A stretch of 64,000 nucleotides of DNA from a virus (taxonomy: Duplodnaviria; Heunggongvirae; Uroviricota; Caudoviricetes), in IMG/VR virus record IMGVR_UViG_3300028042_000001, positions 28,944-92,943 of that record; one strand, written 5' to 3'. Under the pieces are notes generated by a model, which searched no databases, was not told the origin of the DNA, and saw only the letters and a program-made list of their open reading frames with translations. Both the position numbers and the translations under genes were made by a program. Below are positions 40,828 through 49,454 of the stretch, one piece after another; the stretch's first letter is position 1; each line of letters opens with the position of its first letter.

Positions 40828-41337
40828 ATGAGCGAAAGTTTAAATATAAATGACTTTAAGGGGTTCTTTACTTCTGGTGCAAGACCTAATCTGTATAAAG
40901 TCAGAATAGAAAAATTAGGAGCAAAGGTGGAATTTTTGTGTAAAGCATCAAGTCTTCCCGGATCTACAGTAGAAGCAATTGATGTTCCTTATTTGGGTCG
41001 TCAAATTAAAGTTCCCGGTAATAGAATTTTTGAAGAATGGACTGTAACAGTATTTAATGATTCCGATTTTGAAATTCGTAAAATGGTAGAAAGTTGGATG
41101 AATGCTATTAATGGTCATCAAGATAATCTTGGATATGATAGTGTTAGAGAGGTATATTCAGATGCTCATGTAACACAACTTGGTCGTGATGGTTCTGAAT
41201 TATACACATATCATATTGTCGATATGTTTCCTACTATGCTTTCCCCAATAGATCTTGCGTTTGATGCTAATGATGAGATTGAAGAGTTTGAAGTAACATT
41301 CAATTATAATTATTGGACTTCATCAGAAACTACATAG
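40828..41337 (+). CDS. gp19: Tail tube protein, T4 gp19-like
   Basis: GARPNLY, FLCKASSLPG, VPYLGRQIKVPGNRIFEEWTVT, IEEFEVTFNYNYW. Confidence 0.96.
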   Translation: MSESLNINDFKGFFTSGARPNLYKVRIEKLGAKVEFLCKASSLPGSTVEAIDVPYLGRQIKVPGNRIFEEWTVTVFNDSDFEIRKMVESWMNAINGHQDNLGYDSVREVYSDAHVTQLGRDGSELYTYHIVDMFPTMLSPIDLAFDANDEIEEFEVTFNYNYWTSSETT

Positions 41338-41345
41338 GAGATAGT

Positions 41346-41636
41346 ATGACTAAGATAAAAGAAGATGAAAAAAAGGATGCTGTTGAAAAAGCGCCTAAAA
41401 AGAAAGTTGTTTCTAAAAAGGATGCTGTTGAAAAAGCGCCTAAAAAGAAAGTTGTTTCTAAAAAGGATGCTGTTGAAAAAGCGCCTAAAAAGAAAGTTGT
41501 TTCTAAAAAGGATGCTGTTTCTATTCCAGAACATATGATAGCAGATGGTACTGGAAATACTAAGTTAGAAAAACATGAGAATGGTTGGTATAGAATACAT
41601 AAAAATGGTACTAAAGAATTAATTCATTGTACTTAA
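41346..41636 (+). CDS. Basic histone H1-like protein with 15-aa tandem repeats
   Basis: TAGGAG RBS before ATG 41346; (KKDAVEKAPKKKVVS)x3. Confidence 0.7.
   Translation: MTKIKEDEKKDAVEKAPKKKVVSKKDAVEKAPKKKVVSKKDAVEKAPKKKVVSKKDAVSIPEHMIADGTGNTKLEKHENGWYRIHKNGTKELIHCT
41370..41519 (+). repeat. 45-bp exact tandem repeat, 3.3 copies
   Basis: AAAAAGGATGCTGTTGAAAAAGCGCCTAAAAAGAAAGTTGTTTCT at 41370, 41415, 41460, partial at 41505. Confidence 0.95.
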
Positions 41637-41645
41637 ATTATGATG

Positions 41646-41698
41646 TATAAATAGTAATATAAAAAAAAGGGGAAATCGAAAAGACTTTCCCCTTTTTT
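41646..41698 (+). promoter_or_regulatory. Late promoter TATAAATA followed by a strong hairpin upstream of the portal gene
   Basis: TATAAATA at 41646-41653; AAAAAAGGGGAAA / TTTCCCCTTTTTT at 41663-41698. Confidence 0.65.
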
Positions 41699-41768
41699 AT
41701 AGGTTGCTAAAAGGAGTTAAAGACAACCTATATTATTATTTATAAAAACTGATTCTGAGGAGATCTTT

Positions 41769-43445
41769 ATGAGTATGACTGTTTTTGGATTTGAAATCAA
41801 AAGAAAGAAAAATACCCCTAGTGATAAGAAAGGTGTAGTTCAGGTAGTTGTCCCTGAAAATCGTGAAGGTACTAGAGATATAGTATCTAACGGCCCTACT
41901 GGTGGTCATTTTGTTGAGTTATACGATTCTGGTGTTATAGATACTGATGAATATAATTTAATTAAAAAATATCGTAGTATGTCTGAATGTACTGAAATTG
42001 ATAAAGCAATTTCTGAAATTGTAAATGATGCTGTAACCTATGAAGATAATATTCCTTTTCCTGTAAAAATAAACCTTGATAATGTTGATCTTTCTGATTC
42101 AATTAAAACAAAAATGGCTGAGGAATTTGAATCTATTTTATATCTTTTAAAGTTTAATGATTATGGGTATGAATTATTTCGTAATTGGTATATTGATGGA
42201 AGATCGTATTTTCATATGATTATTGATAAAAATAAGATAATTGATGGAATCCAGAAAATTCTTCCTATTGATTCTCTTTATATTAAAAAAATTCGTAACA
42301 TAAAACGTGATGATAATGGTGTGGTATCAGAGGTTGAAGTTTATTATGTATATAAACCACCATTAATGACAGAATCAAATCAGATGGGATCTTATAATTA
42401 TGCTCAAACAGATAAGGCTATAAAATTTACTGAAGAATCTATAACATATGGAACTTCTGGATTAATGGATTCGGAACGAAAAATGATAATTTCTCATTTA
42501 CATAAAGCTATAAAACCATCTAATCAATTAGCTATGTTAGAAGATTCCGTTGTTGTTTATCGTGTTGCTCGTGCTCCTGAGAGGCGTATATTTTATATTG
42601 ATGTTGGTAATCTTCCTAAAACAAAAGCTGAAGAATATTTAAATTCTATCATGAATAGATATCGTAATAAGATAGCTTATAATACAGATACAGGACAAAT
42701 TGATGATAATAAAAGGCATATGTCTATGCTTGAAGATTTTTGGTTGCCAAGAAGGGAAGGTGGTAGAGGAACTGAAATTGATACTCTTCAGGGTGGAGAT
42801 AATCTTGGAGAAATGGATGATGTTGCTTATTTTAGACATAAATTATATGAGTCATTAAATGTACCTCTTGGTAGATTGGATAATGAAAATTCTATGTTTA
42901 ATCTTGCTCGTGATAATGAAATAAGTAGAGAAGAAATTAAATTCTCTAAATTTATTCATCGATTGCGAAATAAATTCGCTAGAGCTGTATTCTCAGATAT
43001 GATTCATAAGCAATTGATAATGAAAAATATTATTACATCTGATGATTGGGATAATATAGAATCTCATATTATGTATCAATGGGAAGAAGATTCTCATTTT
43101 GCAGAATTAAAAAAATTAGCAGTGCTTAAAGAGCGTATTGATGTAGTGGAAACTATGGATCAAATGATTGAACGTTATTATTCAATGGAATATATTCGTT
43201 CTAATATTCTTATGCAAACAGAAGAAGAAGCAAAAGAATTAGAAAAACAACGCAATGATGAATCTGGTGAAAGAGATACCACACAAGCTTTTGATAATGT
43301 TGGTCAGGATATTCAAGCACAACAGGGTAGTTATGGTGCATATGATGAACGTAATTTCGAACCTGCTGAAGACGCTCAAGACCGAAAAGATGAAAAAATA
43401 GCAAAAAAGGAAGAATCTAAAATAATTAAAAAGGAGAATAAATAA
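41769..43445 (+). CDS. gp20: Portal protein, T4 gp20-like
   Basis: FRNWYIDGR, LHKAIKPSNQLAMLEDSVVVYRVARAPERRIFYIDVGNLPK, EDFWLPRREGGRGTEI. Confidence 0.98.
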   Translation: MSMTVFGFEIKRKKNTPSDKKGVVQVVVPENREGTRDIVSNGPTGGHFVELYDSGVIDTDEYNLIKKYRSMSECTEIDKAISEIVNDAVTYEDNIPFPVKINLDNVDLSDSIKTKMAEEFESILYLLKFNDYGYELFRNWYIDGRSYFHMIIDKNKIIDGIQKILPIDSLYIKKIRNIKRDDNGVVSEVEVYYVYKPPLMTESNQMGSYNYAQTDKAIKFTEESITYGTSGLMDSERKMIISHLHKAIKPSNQLAMLEDSVVVYRVARAPERRIFYIDVGNLPKTKAEEYLNSIMNRYRNKIAYNTDTGQIDDNKRHMSMLEDFWLPRREGGRGTEIDTLQGGDNLGEMDDVAYFRHKLYESLNVPLGRLDNENSMFNLARDNEISREEIKFSKFIHRLRNKFARAVFSDMIHKQLIMKNIITSDDWDNIESHIMYQWEEDSHFAELKKLAVLKERIDVVETMDQMIERYYSMEYIRSNILMQTEEEAKELEKQRNDESGERDTTQAFDNVGQDIQAQQGSYGAYDERNFEPAEDAQDRKDEKIAKKEESKIIKKENK

Positions 43446-43621
43446 TGGCTGATACAAATAATGGTGACAAATTATCTAATATGCAAAATATTGTTAAATT
43501 TGCTATAGATAAAAAACCATCTCAAATGAAATCATATGTTAATAAAGAAATAGCAACAAGAGTAATGGACAGAATTGAAGCAAAAAGAAGTTCTGTTGGT
43601 TCATCTTTATTTGGAAACTAA
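43445..43621 (+). CDS. 58-aa prohead core protein, gp67-like position (not in ORF track)
   Basis: MADTNNGDKLSNMQNIVKFAIDKKPSQMKSYVNKEIATRVMDRIEAKRSSVGSSLFGN; AAGGAG RBS; TAATG coupling to the portal stop. Confidence 0.65.
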   Translation: MADTNNGDKLSNMQNIVKFAIDKKPSQMKSYVNKEIATRVMDRIEAKRSSVGSSLFGN

Positions 43622-43623
43622 AT

Positions 43624-43920
43624 ATGTTCTTTTCTGATTTTATATATATGATGGAATGTATTAATAATATTAATTATAATTCATCACGAATATATATAAT
43701 TATGGAAAGTGATGGTGATTATAAAGAAGATAATATTATTATATCTTCATCTAAAATATCATCTATCAGACGTTTTTACGAATCTACTAATGAATTTAAT
43801 CGTGCCAAAATAACAAATCTTATAAATAATAATATAGGAAATATTGATAAGGTACATAACATTGTTATGGAATATATAAAATTAAAAAATATAGAAAGGA
43901 ATTATAATGATGAAAGATAA
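43624..43920 (+). CDS. Small hypothetical protein (prohead core region)
   Basis: 98 aa, tightly packed in the operon. Confidence 0.5.
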   Translation: MFFSDFIYMMECINNINYNSSRIYIIMESDGDYKEDNIIISSSKISSIRRFYESTNEFNRAKITNLINNNIGNIDKVHNIVMEYIKLKNIERNYNDER

Positions 43921-44143
43921 AACAATAACATTTACTCAATTTAATAATAAATCCATTAATATAATTTCAGAAAAAATAAAAACTAAAAATACAGCTAAAA
44001 TTAATAAATTAATTTCTGATGTGGAATCTTCTCGAAATAAAGAAATAATGATTGACACATTAGTAGCAATGAAAATGGCTGTACTTAAACTCAAGGATAT
44101 TATTGATGATACTGATGATTCTATTGGTAATAATCGATATTAA
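43907..44143 (+). CDS. Small hypothetical protein (prohead core region)
   Basis: 78 aa; AAGGA RBS; shares the KINKLI motif with the next ORF. Confidence 0.5.
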   Translation: MMKDKTITFTQFNNKSINIISEKIKTKNTAKINKLISDVESSRNKEIMIDTLVAMKMAVLKLKDIIDDTDDSIGNNRY

Positions 44144-44149
44144 GGAAAA

Positions 44150-44413
44150 ATGAAACATATGAAATCAATAGAAAGCTTTAAATCTCATTTTAATAGACGT
44201 ATTGTTGAGAAAGCTAATAATAAAAATAAATCTAAAATTAATAAATTAATTAAAGAATTAGAAATATTAAATGCAAAAGGTAAAGAAGATGTTTCTGATC
44301 TTATAGCTACTTTAAAAAGAGAACGTGATCTTAAAGAAAACAAAACATTTGATGACATAGTTTTAGTTATTAAAGAAGACTATTCATATTTGTGTAAAAT
44401 TTTAGATATATAA
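44150..44413 (+). CDS. Small hypothetical protein (prohead core region)
   Basis: 87 aa; AAGGA RBS; KINKLI motif. Confidence 0.5.
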   Translation: MKHMKSIESFKSHFNRRIVEKANNKNKSKINKLIKELEILNAKGKEDVSDLIATLKRERDLKENKTFDDIVLVIKEDYSYLCKILDI

Positions 44414-44425
44414 CGAGGTATTAAT

Positions 44426-45091
44426 ATGGCATTTCTTATAACAGAAGATAATTTTAAAGATGTAAAAGCAAGTCATGTTCTGGATGAAGCTACTCAAACT
44501 AAAAAATATTTTATTGAGGGTGTATTTTTACAAGCAGAACAAAAAAATAGAAATGGCAGAATATACCCAACTTATATTCTTGAACGAGAAGTTGAGCGTT
44601 ATACAATAGATTATATTAATAAAAATAGATCATTAGGAGAACTTAATCATCCTGAATCACCATCAGTTAATCCTGAAAGAGCATGTCATTTTATTAAAGA
44701 ACTTAATAAAGTTGGTAATGATTGGATGGGTAAATCTCAAGTAACATCAGAAGGTCTTGGTAAAATTGTTCGTGGTCTTATTGAAGATGGTGTTCAGCTT
44801 GGAGTGTCATCTCGTGGTCTTGGTACTCTTAGAGAAGAAAATGGAACTAAATATGTTAATGAAGATTATTATATGAGTACTATCGATGTTGTGTCAGATC
44901 CTTCTGCTCATGATGCGTGGGTTAATGGAATTTATGAAGGAAATGAATTTTATATAGGAGATGATGAAGAATTTATTAATAAAGTAAAAAAACATATTGA
45001 TTCAGAAGTAAGAAAGACTGGATTTTCTATGAATGAAGAACAAATTACTCTTATAGCATTTCAAAAAATGGTTGATAATATTAACGGATAA
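44426..45091 (+). CDS. gp21: Prohead protease, T4 gp21-like
   Basis: FIEGVFLQAEQKNRNGRIYP, GELNHP, LGVSSRGLG, DVVSDPSA. Confidence 0.96.
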   Translation: MAFLITEDNFKDVKASHVLDEATQTKKYFIEGVFLQAEQKNRNGRIYPTYILEREVERYTIDYINKNRSLGELNHPESPSVNPERACHFIKELNKVGNDWMGKSQVTSEGLGKIVRGLIEDGVQLGVSSRGLGTLREENGTKYVNEDYYMSTIDVVSDPSAHDAWVNGIYEGNEFYIGDDEEFINKVKKHIDSEVRKTGFSMNEEQITLIAFQKMVDNING

Positions 45092-45465
45092 TGAAAACAT
45101 ATAACGATTTAATAATAGAATTTTCACCAACAGATTATGTTCCTGATGTACTATTACCTTCTTCTATGAAAAAATTCAAGAAGAATTATAAAAATATAGA
45201 AAGGATGTTTCCGGGTGTATCACAATTTTTAAGTGTTGCTAATAGATATGTTCTTAGAGGTAATAGATATAAAAATAAAGATTTAAAACGGTTACTTAAA
45301 AGAATAAAAAAGCGACCTGATATTTCTGATATGAATAAAAGAGATTTAAAGTATGTGTATGAATTTATAAATAAATACAAACTTTATAATGTAGAATCTA
45401 TTAGAAATATATTTAATGATTATTCTGATTTTTCTGAAAAACAGCAGAATAATAAGCCTGAATAA
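45091..45465 (+). CDS. Putative internal head protein
   Basis: Leader MKTYNDLIIE, very close to the T4 internal-protein CTS MKTYQEFIAE. Confidence 0.6.
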   Translation: MKTYNDLIIEFSPTDYVPDVLLPSSMKKFKKNYKNIERMFPGVSQFLSVANRYVLRGNRYKNKDLKRLLKRIKKRPDISDMNKRDLKYVYEFINKYKLYNVESIRNIFNDYSDFSEKQQNNKPE

Positions 45466-45518
45466 TTATAATAGATTAATAAATAAATTGGTATAAAAAA
45501 TAGCGTATTTGCTATTTT

Positions 45519-45526
45519 TATAAATA
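45519..45526 (+). promoter_or_regulatory. Late promoter TATAAATA for gp22/gp23
   Basis: Exact intergenic motif. Confidence 0.7.
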
Positions 45527-45574
45527 ATAATATAGAATAAGAATTTTTTTCAAAACTGATTAAGGAGAATAACA

Positions 45575-46345
45575 ATGGCAGACGAAAAGAACCCTATTGA
45601 AATTTTGTTTGGTGATGAATCTCTTTCTGATCTTTCTGAAGATTTTAAGACTAAAGCAACTGTTATCTTTGAGAATGCTGTTGCAAAACAAGTCGTAGAA
45701 GAAAAGAAAGAATTAGAAGAAGAATACAAAACAAAATTAGATGAACAACGTAAAGATATTGAAGAAGGTCTTGAAGACAAGATTGATTCATATCTTACTT
45801 ATGTTGCTGAAGAATGGATGAAGGAAAATGAACTTGCAGTTGAAAATGGTATTCAAAATGAAATTGCAGAGAATTTTCTTAAAGGTATGAAAGATCTATT
45901 TACTGAATCTTATATCGAGATCCCGAAGAATAAAGTTGATGTTGTTAAAGAAATGACTAATGAGCTTTCTAAGAAAAGTGTTTCTCTTGATGAAGCAATT
46001 GATATTAACATTGATCTAAAAAAAGAGATTGCTGACATGAAGAAATCAAAAATTGTTTCTGAATGTACTGAAGGTTTAGCCGATACTCAAGTTGATAAGG
46101 TTAATGATCTTGTAGAGATGATTGATTTTGATTCTGAAGAACAATTTGGTGATCGTGTAAAATCTATTGTTGAAACTTATTTCAAAAAAGGATCATTAAA
46201 TGACGATGATGATTCTGATGATAAAGGTGGAGATAATGATGATGACGATAAAGATAGTAAAAAGAAGAAAAAGAAAGAAAAAGAAAAGACTGATGAAAAT
46301 ATGCAAAACTATGTTGATGCTATAACACTTTCAGCTAGTCTGTAA
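45575..46345 (+). CDS. gp22: Prohead scaffold, T4 gp22-like
   Basis: LSEDFKTKATVIFENAV, KIDSYLTYVAEEWMKENELAVENG, position before gp23. Confidence 0.93.
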   Translation: MADEKNPIEILFGDESLSDLSEDFKTKATVIFENAVAKQVVEEKKELEEEYKTKLDEQRKDIEEGLEDKIDSYLTYVAEEWMKENELAVENGIQNEIAENFLKGMKDLFTESYIEIPKNKVDVVKEMTNELSKKSVSLDEAIDINIDLKKEIADMKKSKIVSECTEGLADTQVDKVNDLVEMIDFDSEEQFGDRVKSIVETYFKKGSLNDDDDSDDKGGDNDDDDKDSKKKKKKEKEKTDENMQNYVDAITLSASL

Positions 46346-46381
46346 TATTGATTTTATAAAATATATTTAGGAGAAAATAAA

Positions 46382-47761
46382 ATGAATGAATTTTTAACTG
46401 CTGAACAAATTCAGGAAAATTGGAAGCCTGTTTTGGAGCACAAAGATATCCCTGAAATTAAAGATAGCTATCGTAAGAAAGTAACAGCTATCCTTCTTCA
46501 GAATCAAAAAGAACATATTGCAGAGCAAGCTTTGCATGAAGCCCCTACTAATGTAACTGGTGGAGTTGATAAATTTGATCCCGTTCTTATCTCTATGGTA
46601 AGACGTTCTGTTCCTGCTATGCTTGCGTTTGATATATTTGGCGTACAGCCAATGAAAGGCCCAACAGGACTTATTTTTGCACTTAGAGCACAATATGGTG
46701 CCCAACCTGCAATTGGTGCTGATACCACAGCTCATGAAGCTCTAGTTAATGAAGCTGATTCAGGATACACAGGTGCTCCTCGTAATCCTGTAGATGGTAC
46801 TGATCCTACTACTGCTGGACAAGGTGGAGATTCTAGTGCTTATGGTGGTACTTTTGGTGATGAACCAACTCCGGGAACTACTTCTGCAAAACAATCTGAT
46901 CCTTTTGCCGCTGATTTTGGTTATGGTGTTGGGATGGATACCAATCTTGCGGAAACTCTTGGTGAAGAAGCTGAATGGGCTAAGATGTCATTCACTATCG
47001 AGAAATTGTCTGTTGAGGCAAAATCTCGTGGATTGAAATCTGAGTATTCTGTAGAACTTGCTCAAGATCTTAAAGCTGTACATGGGCTTTCTGCTGAACA
47101 AGAGCTTGCTACAATTATGAGTACAGAAGTAACAAATGAGATGAACCGGGAGATTCTTCGCAGAACTTACAATATGGCTGTTCTTGGTTGTCAAGAGGGT
47201 GATATTGCTGTTGCCGGAACTTATGATCTTGATGTTGATTCAAATGGTAGATGGTCTGTTGAACGATTCAAAGGACTTATGTTCCAAATTGAACGTGAAG
47301 CAAATGCAATCGCTATTAACACTCGTAGAGGTAAAGGTAATTGGATTATCTGTTCTGCTAATGTAGCTTCTGCTCTTGCAATGACAGGTCTTCTTGATAC
47401 TGCTGGTAATACTAAAGTAACTCCGGGTAATGTTGATCCTGTTGGTAATCTTTTTGTTGGTGTAATGAATGGTATGATCAAAGTATATGTTGATCCTTAT
47501 GTAACAATTGATATGGCTGTTGTTGGTTATAAAGGTTCTAATGCTTATGATGCTGGTGCTTATTTCTGCCCATATATCCCACTTACATTGTATAAGAATA
47601 CAAATAGTGATTCATTCCAGCCTCGTCTTGGATTCAAGACTCGTTATGGAATTGGTGCTAATCCTTTTGTTCGTGAATATACTGGTGGTTCTTTTTCTAC
47701 AGGATTAGAAGCTCGTAAGAATAGTTATTTCCGTATCTTTAAGATTGAGAATTTGATGTAA
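46382..47761 (+). CDS. gp23: Major capsid protein, T4 gp23-like
   Basis: WKPVLEH, DPVLISMVRR, GVQPMKGPTGLIFALR, KSRGLKSEYSVELAQDLKAVHGL, FQPRLGFKTRYG. Confidence 0.98.
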   Translation: MNEFLTAEQIQENWKPVLEHKDIPEIKDSYRKKVTAILLQNQKEHIAEQALHEAPTNVTGGVDKFDPVLISMVRRSVPAMLAFDIFGVQPMKGPTGLIFALRAQYGAQPAIGADTTAHEALVNEADSGYTGAPRNPVDGTDPTTAGQGGDSSAYGGTFGDEPTPGTTSAKQSDPFAADFGYGVGMDTNLAETLGEEAEWAKMSFTIEKLSVEAKSRGLKSEYSVELAQDLKAVHGLSAEQELATIMSTEVTNEMNREILRRTYNMAVLGCQEGDIAVAGTYDLDVDSNGRWSVERFKGLMFQIEREANAIAINTRRGKGNWIICSANVASALAMTGLLDTAGNTKVTPGNVDPVGNLFVGVMNGMIKVYVDPYVTIDMAVVGYKGSNAYDAGAYFCPYIPLTLYKNTNSDSFQPRLGFKTRYGIGANPFVREYTGGSFSTGLEARKNSYFRIFKIENLM

Positions 47762-47792
47762 TATGAATTAGATATTTAATAACATGATAAAC

Positions 47793-47829
47793 AAAGGGTA
47801 TCTTTCTTAATTGAAAGATACCCTTTTTT
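47793..47829 (+). terminator. Rho-independent terminator after gp23
   Basis: AAAGGGTATCTTTC / GAAAGATACCCTTT perfect 14-bp stem with T tail. Confidence 0.9.
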
Positions 47830-47867
47830 ATTGACATTTTATATATTTATTGTTATTGATATAAGAT

Positions 47868-48187
47868 ATGAAAAGAATAACAATATTAGACATAGATAGA
47901 GATGATCTTGAATATTTAATTAATATTAAGAAACTTGCTATTACTGATGTTTCTAAATTTATGGAATGTTCAGTAGATTTTATTAAAACATGTATAAAAT
48001 ATTATGATATAAATCTTCCTTCTATTAGAGAACGCATAAAGTCACAATATACCAATGGAATAAATGTAAATTAAAAAATAAATTACAAACATTTGATGAT
48101 AATTTGACCGAATATGAAAATATGGTGAATAATGGATATGATCGTATATGGGATTCTGGTAATAAAGTATATATATTATCATTATAA
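47868..48187 (+). pseudogene. Degenerate homing-endonuclease-like gene (HTH-like N-fragment plus frameshifted C-terminal motif)
   Basis: The 68-aa ORF is overlapped in another frame by KLKNKLQTFDDNLTEYENMVNNGYDRIWDSGNKVY, a C-terminal motif of putative T4-like homing endonucleases. Confidence 0.6.
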
Positions 48188-48195
48188 ATAATTAT

Positions 48196-48432
48196 ATGGG
48201 AACATTAAAGAATACAAATAATAATTTATTTACGATTTCTCCACATATTATGTTGTCTATAGTTAATAATGTTGGAGAAATGTATATATATGATGATAAA
48301 TATCAATATATACTTAATAGTATGACTGCAAGTGATCTTATTGATTATTTTCATTATACAAATAATAATCATTTATCTGAAGAGATTATAGATACAATGA
48401 TGAATATGAAATTTAATACAGGAACTAATTAA
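48196..48432 (+). CDS. Hypothetical protein
   Basis: 78 aa after TATAAATA at 48183-48190, coupled to gp3. Confidence 0.45.
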   Translation: MGTLKNTNNNLFTISPHIMLSIVNNVGEMYIYDDKYQYILNSMTASDLIDYFHYTNNNHLSEEIIDTMMNMKFNTGTN

Positions 48433-48433
48433 T

Positions 48434-48952
48434 ATGGCAGATTTAACATTAGGTGAAAATTTAAATATAATTGGTGATAATAATTTTCATTTTGAAATTA
48501 AAGAATTACCAACAGTATCATTATTCGCTCAGAATTTCAGTATTCCGGGTACATCTCTTGGACGTTCTCCTGTACCAACATCTGCTGTAGATTATAATGT
48601 TCCTTCAGATAAAGTAGAGTTTGAGGATTTGGTTATTACTTTTATGATTGATGAATATTTACGAAATTATATGGAAGTATTTAATTGGATGATGGCTCTT
48701 GGTTTTCCTGAAGATACTCAACAATTTAAAGATTTGAAACAAGGAAAAACTCCATATCAAGAAACATCTGATATTATCCTTACAACAACAACAAATAAAT
48801 TCAATGCTACTAATGAACTTCATTTTATAGATTGTTTTCCTACTGATTTATCTCCTGTAGATTTTACAAATATAGATACAACAATTTCTCCAATACAATC
48901 AACCGTAACGTTTGATTATTCATATTTTTATTTTAAACCTATTGACAGATAA
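48434..48952 (+). CDS. gp3: Tail tube terminator/completion protein, T4 gp3-like
   Basis: FEIKELPTVSLFAQNFSIPG, FEDLVITFMIDEYLRNYMEVFNWM, FIDCFPTDL, TVTFDYSYF. Confidence 0.88.
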   Translation: MADLTLGENLNIIGDNNFHFEIKELPTVSLFAQNFSIPGTSLGRSPVPTSAVDYNVPSDKVEFEDLVITFMIDEYLRNYMEVFNWMMALGFPEDTQQFKDLKQGKTPYQETSDIILTTTTNKFNATNELHFIDCFPTDLSPVDFTNIDTTISPIQSTVTFDYSYFYFKPIDR

Positions 48953-48969
48953 TTTAAAAGTATTATAAT
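48942..48969 (+). promoter_or_regulatory. Sigma70-type promoter for uvsY
   Basis: TTGACA-16-TATAAT. Confidence 0.65.
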
Positions 48970-48976
48970 ATGGTGT

Positions 48977-49423
48977 ATGAATGAAATAAAATCTAAACCT
49001 ATAAATCAAATAGAAAATGAATCTGAAATTGATCTTATTCTTCGTCTAGATAGAACAGAAGAAGATTCAGCCAATACACCAAAATTATTTAATAAATACC
49101 ATAAAGAATATCGTATTGTTTCTACTGAGTTATTACAAGCTCAGATGAAAATGAAGCCATTATGGAAAAGAACATGGTTGTATTATTCTGGCAAAGCCCA
49201 TCCCAATAAATATAAAAGAAAACCACTAGATCATAAAATAATGAAATCAGATCTCAAGATGCATATAGAGGCTGATGATGATATTATTAAACTCACTTAT
49301 CAGATAGAAATGCTTGAATTAAAACAGAAATTTATTCAAGCAAAGATGAAAGAAATAAATAATAGGTCTTATCATATTGGTAATATGATTAAAACTACTT
49401 TATTTAAACATGGAATTAATTAA
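48977..49423 (+). CDS. uvsY: Recombination mediator UvsY
   Basis: TPKLFNKY, WLYYSGK, ADDDI..L, INNRSYHIGNMI; precedes uvsW. Confidence 0.85.
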   Translation: MNEIKSKPINQIENESEIDLILRLDRTEEDSANTPKLFNKYHKEYRIVSTELLQAQMKMKPLWKRTWLYYSGKAHPNKYKRKPLDHKIMKSDLKMHIEADDDIIKLTYQIEMLELKQKFIQAKMKEINNRSYHIGNMIKTTLFKHGIN

Positions 49424-49454
49424 TATTTTTTGTAATTTTATAAAAAGGATATAA

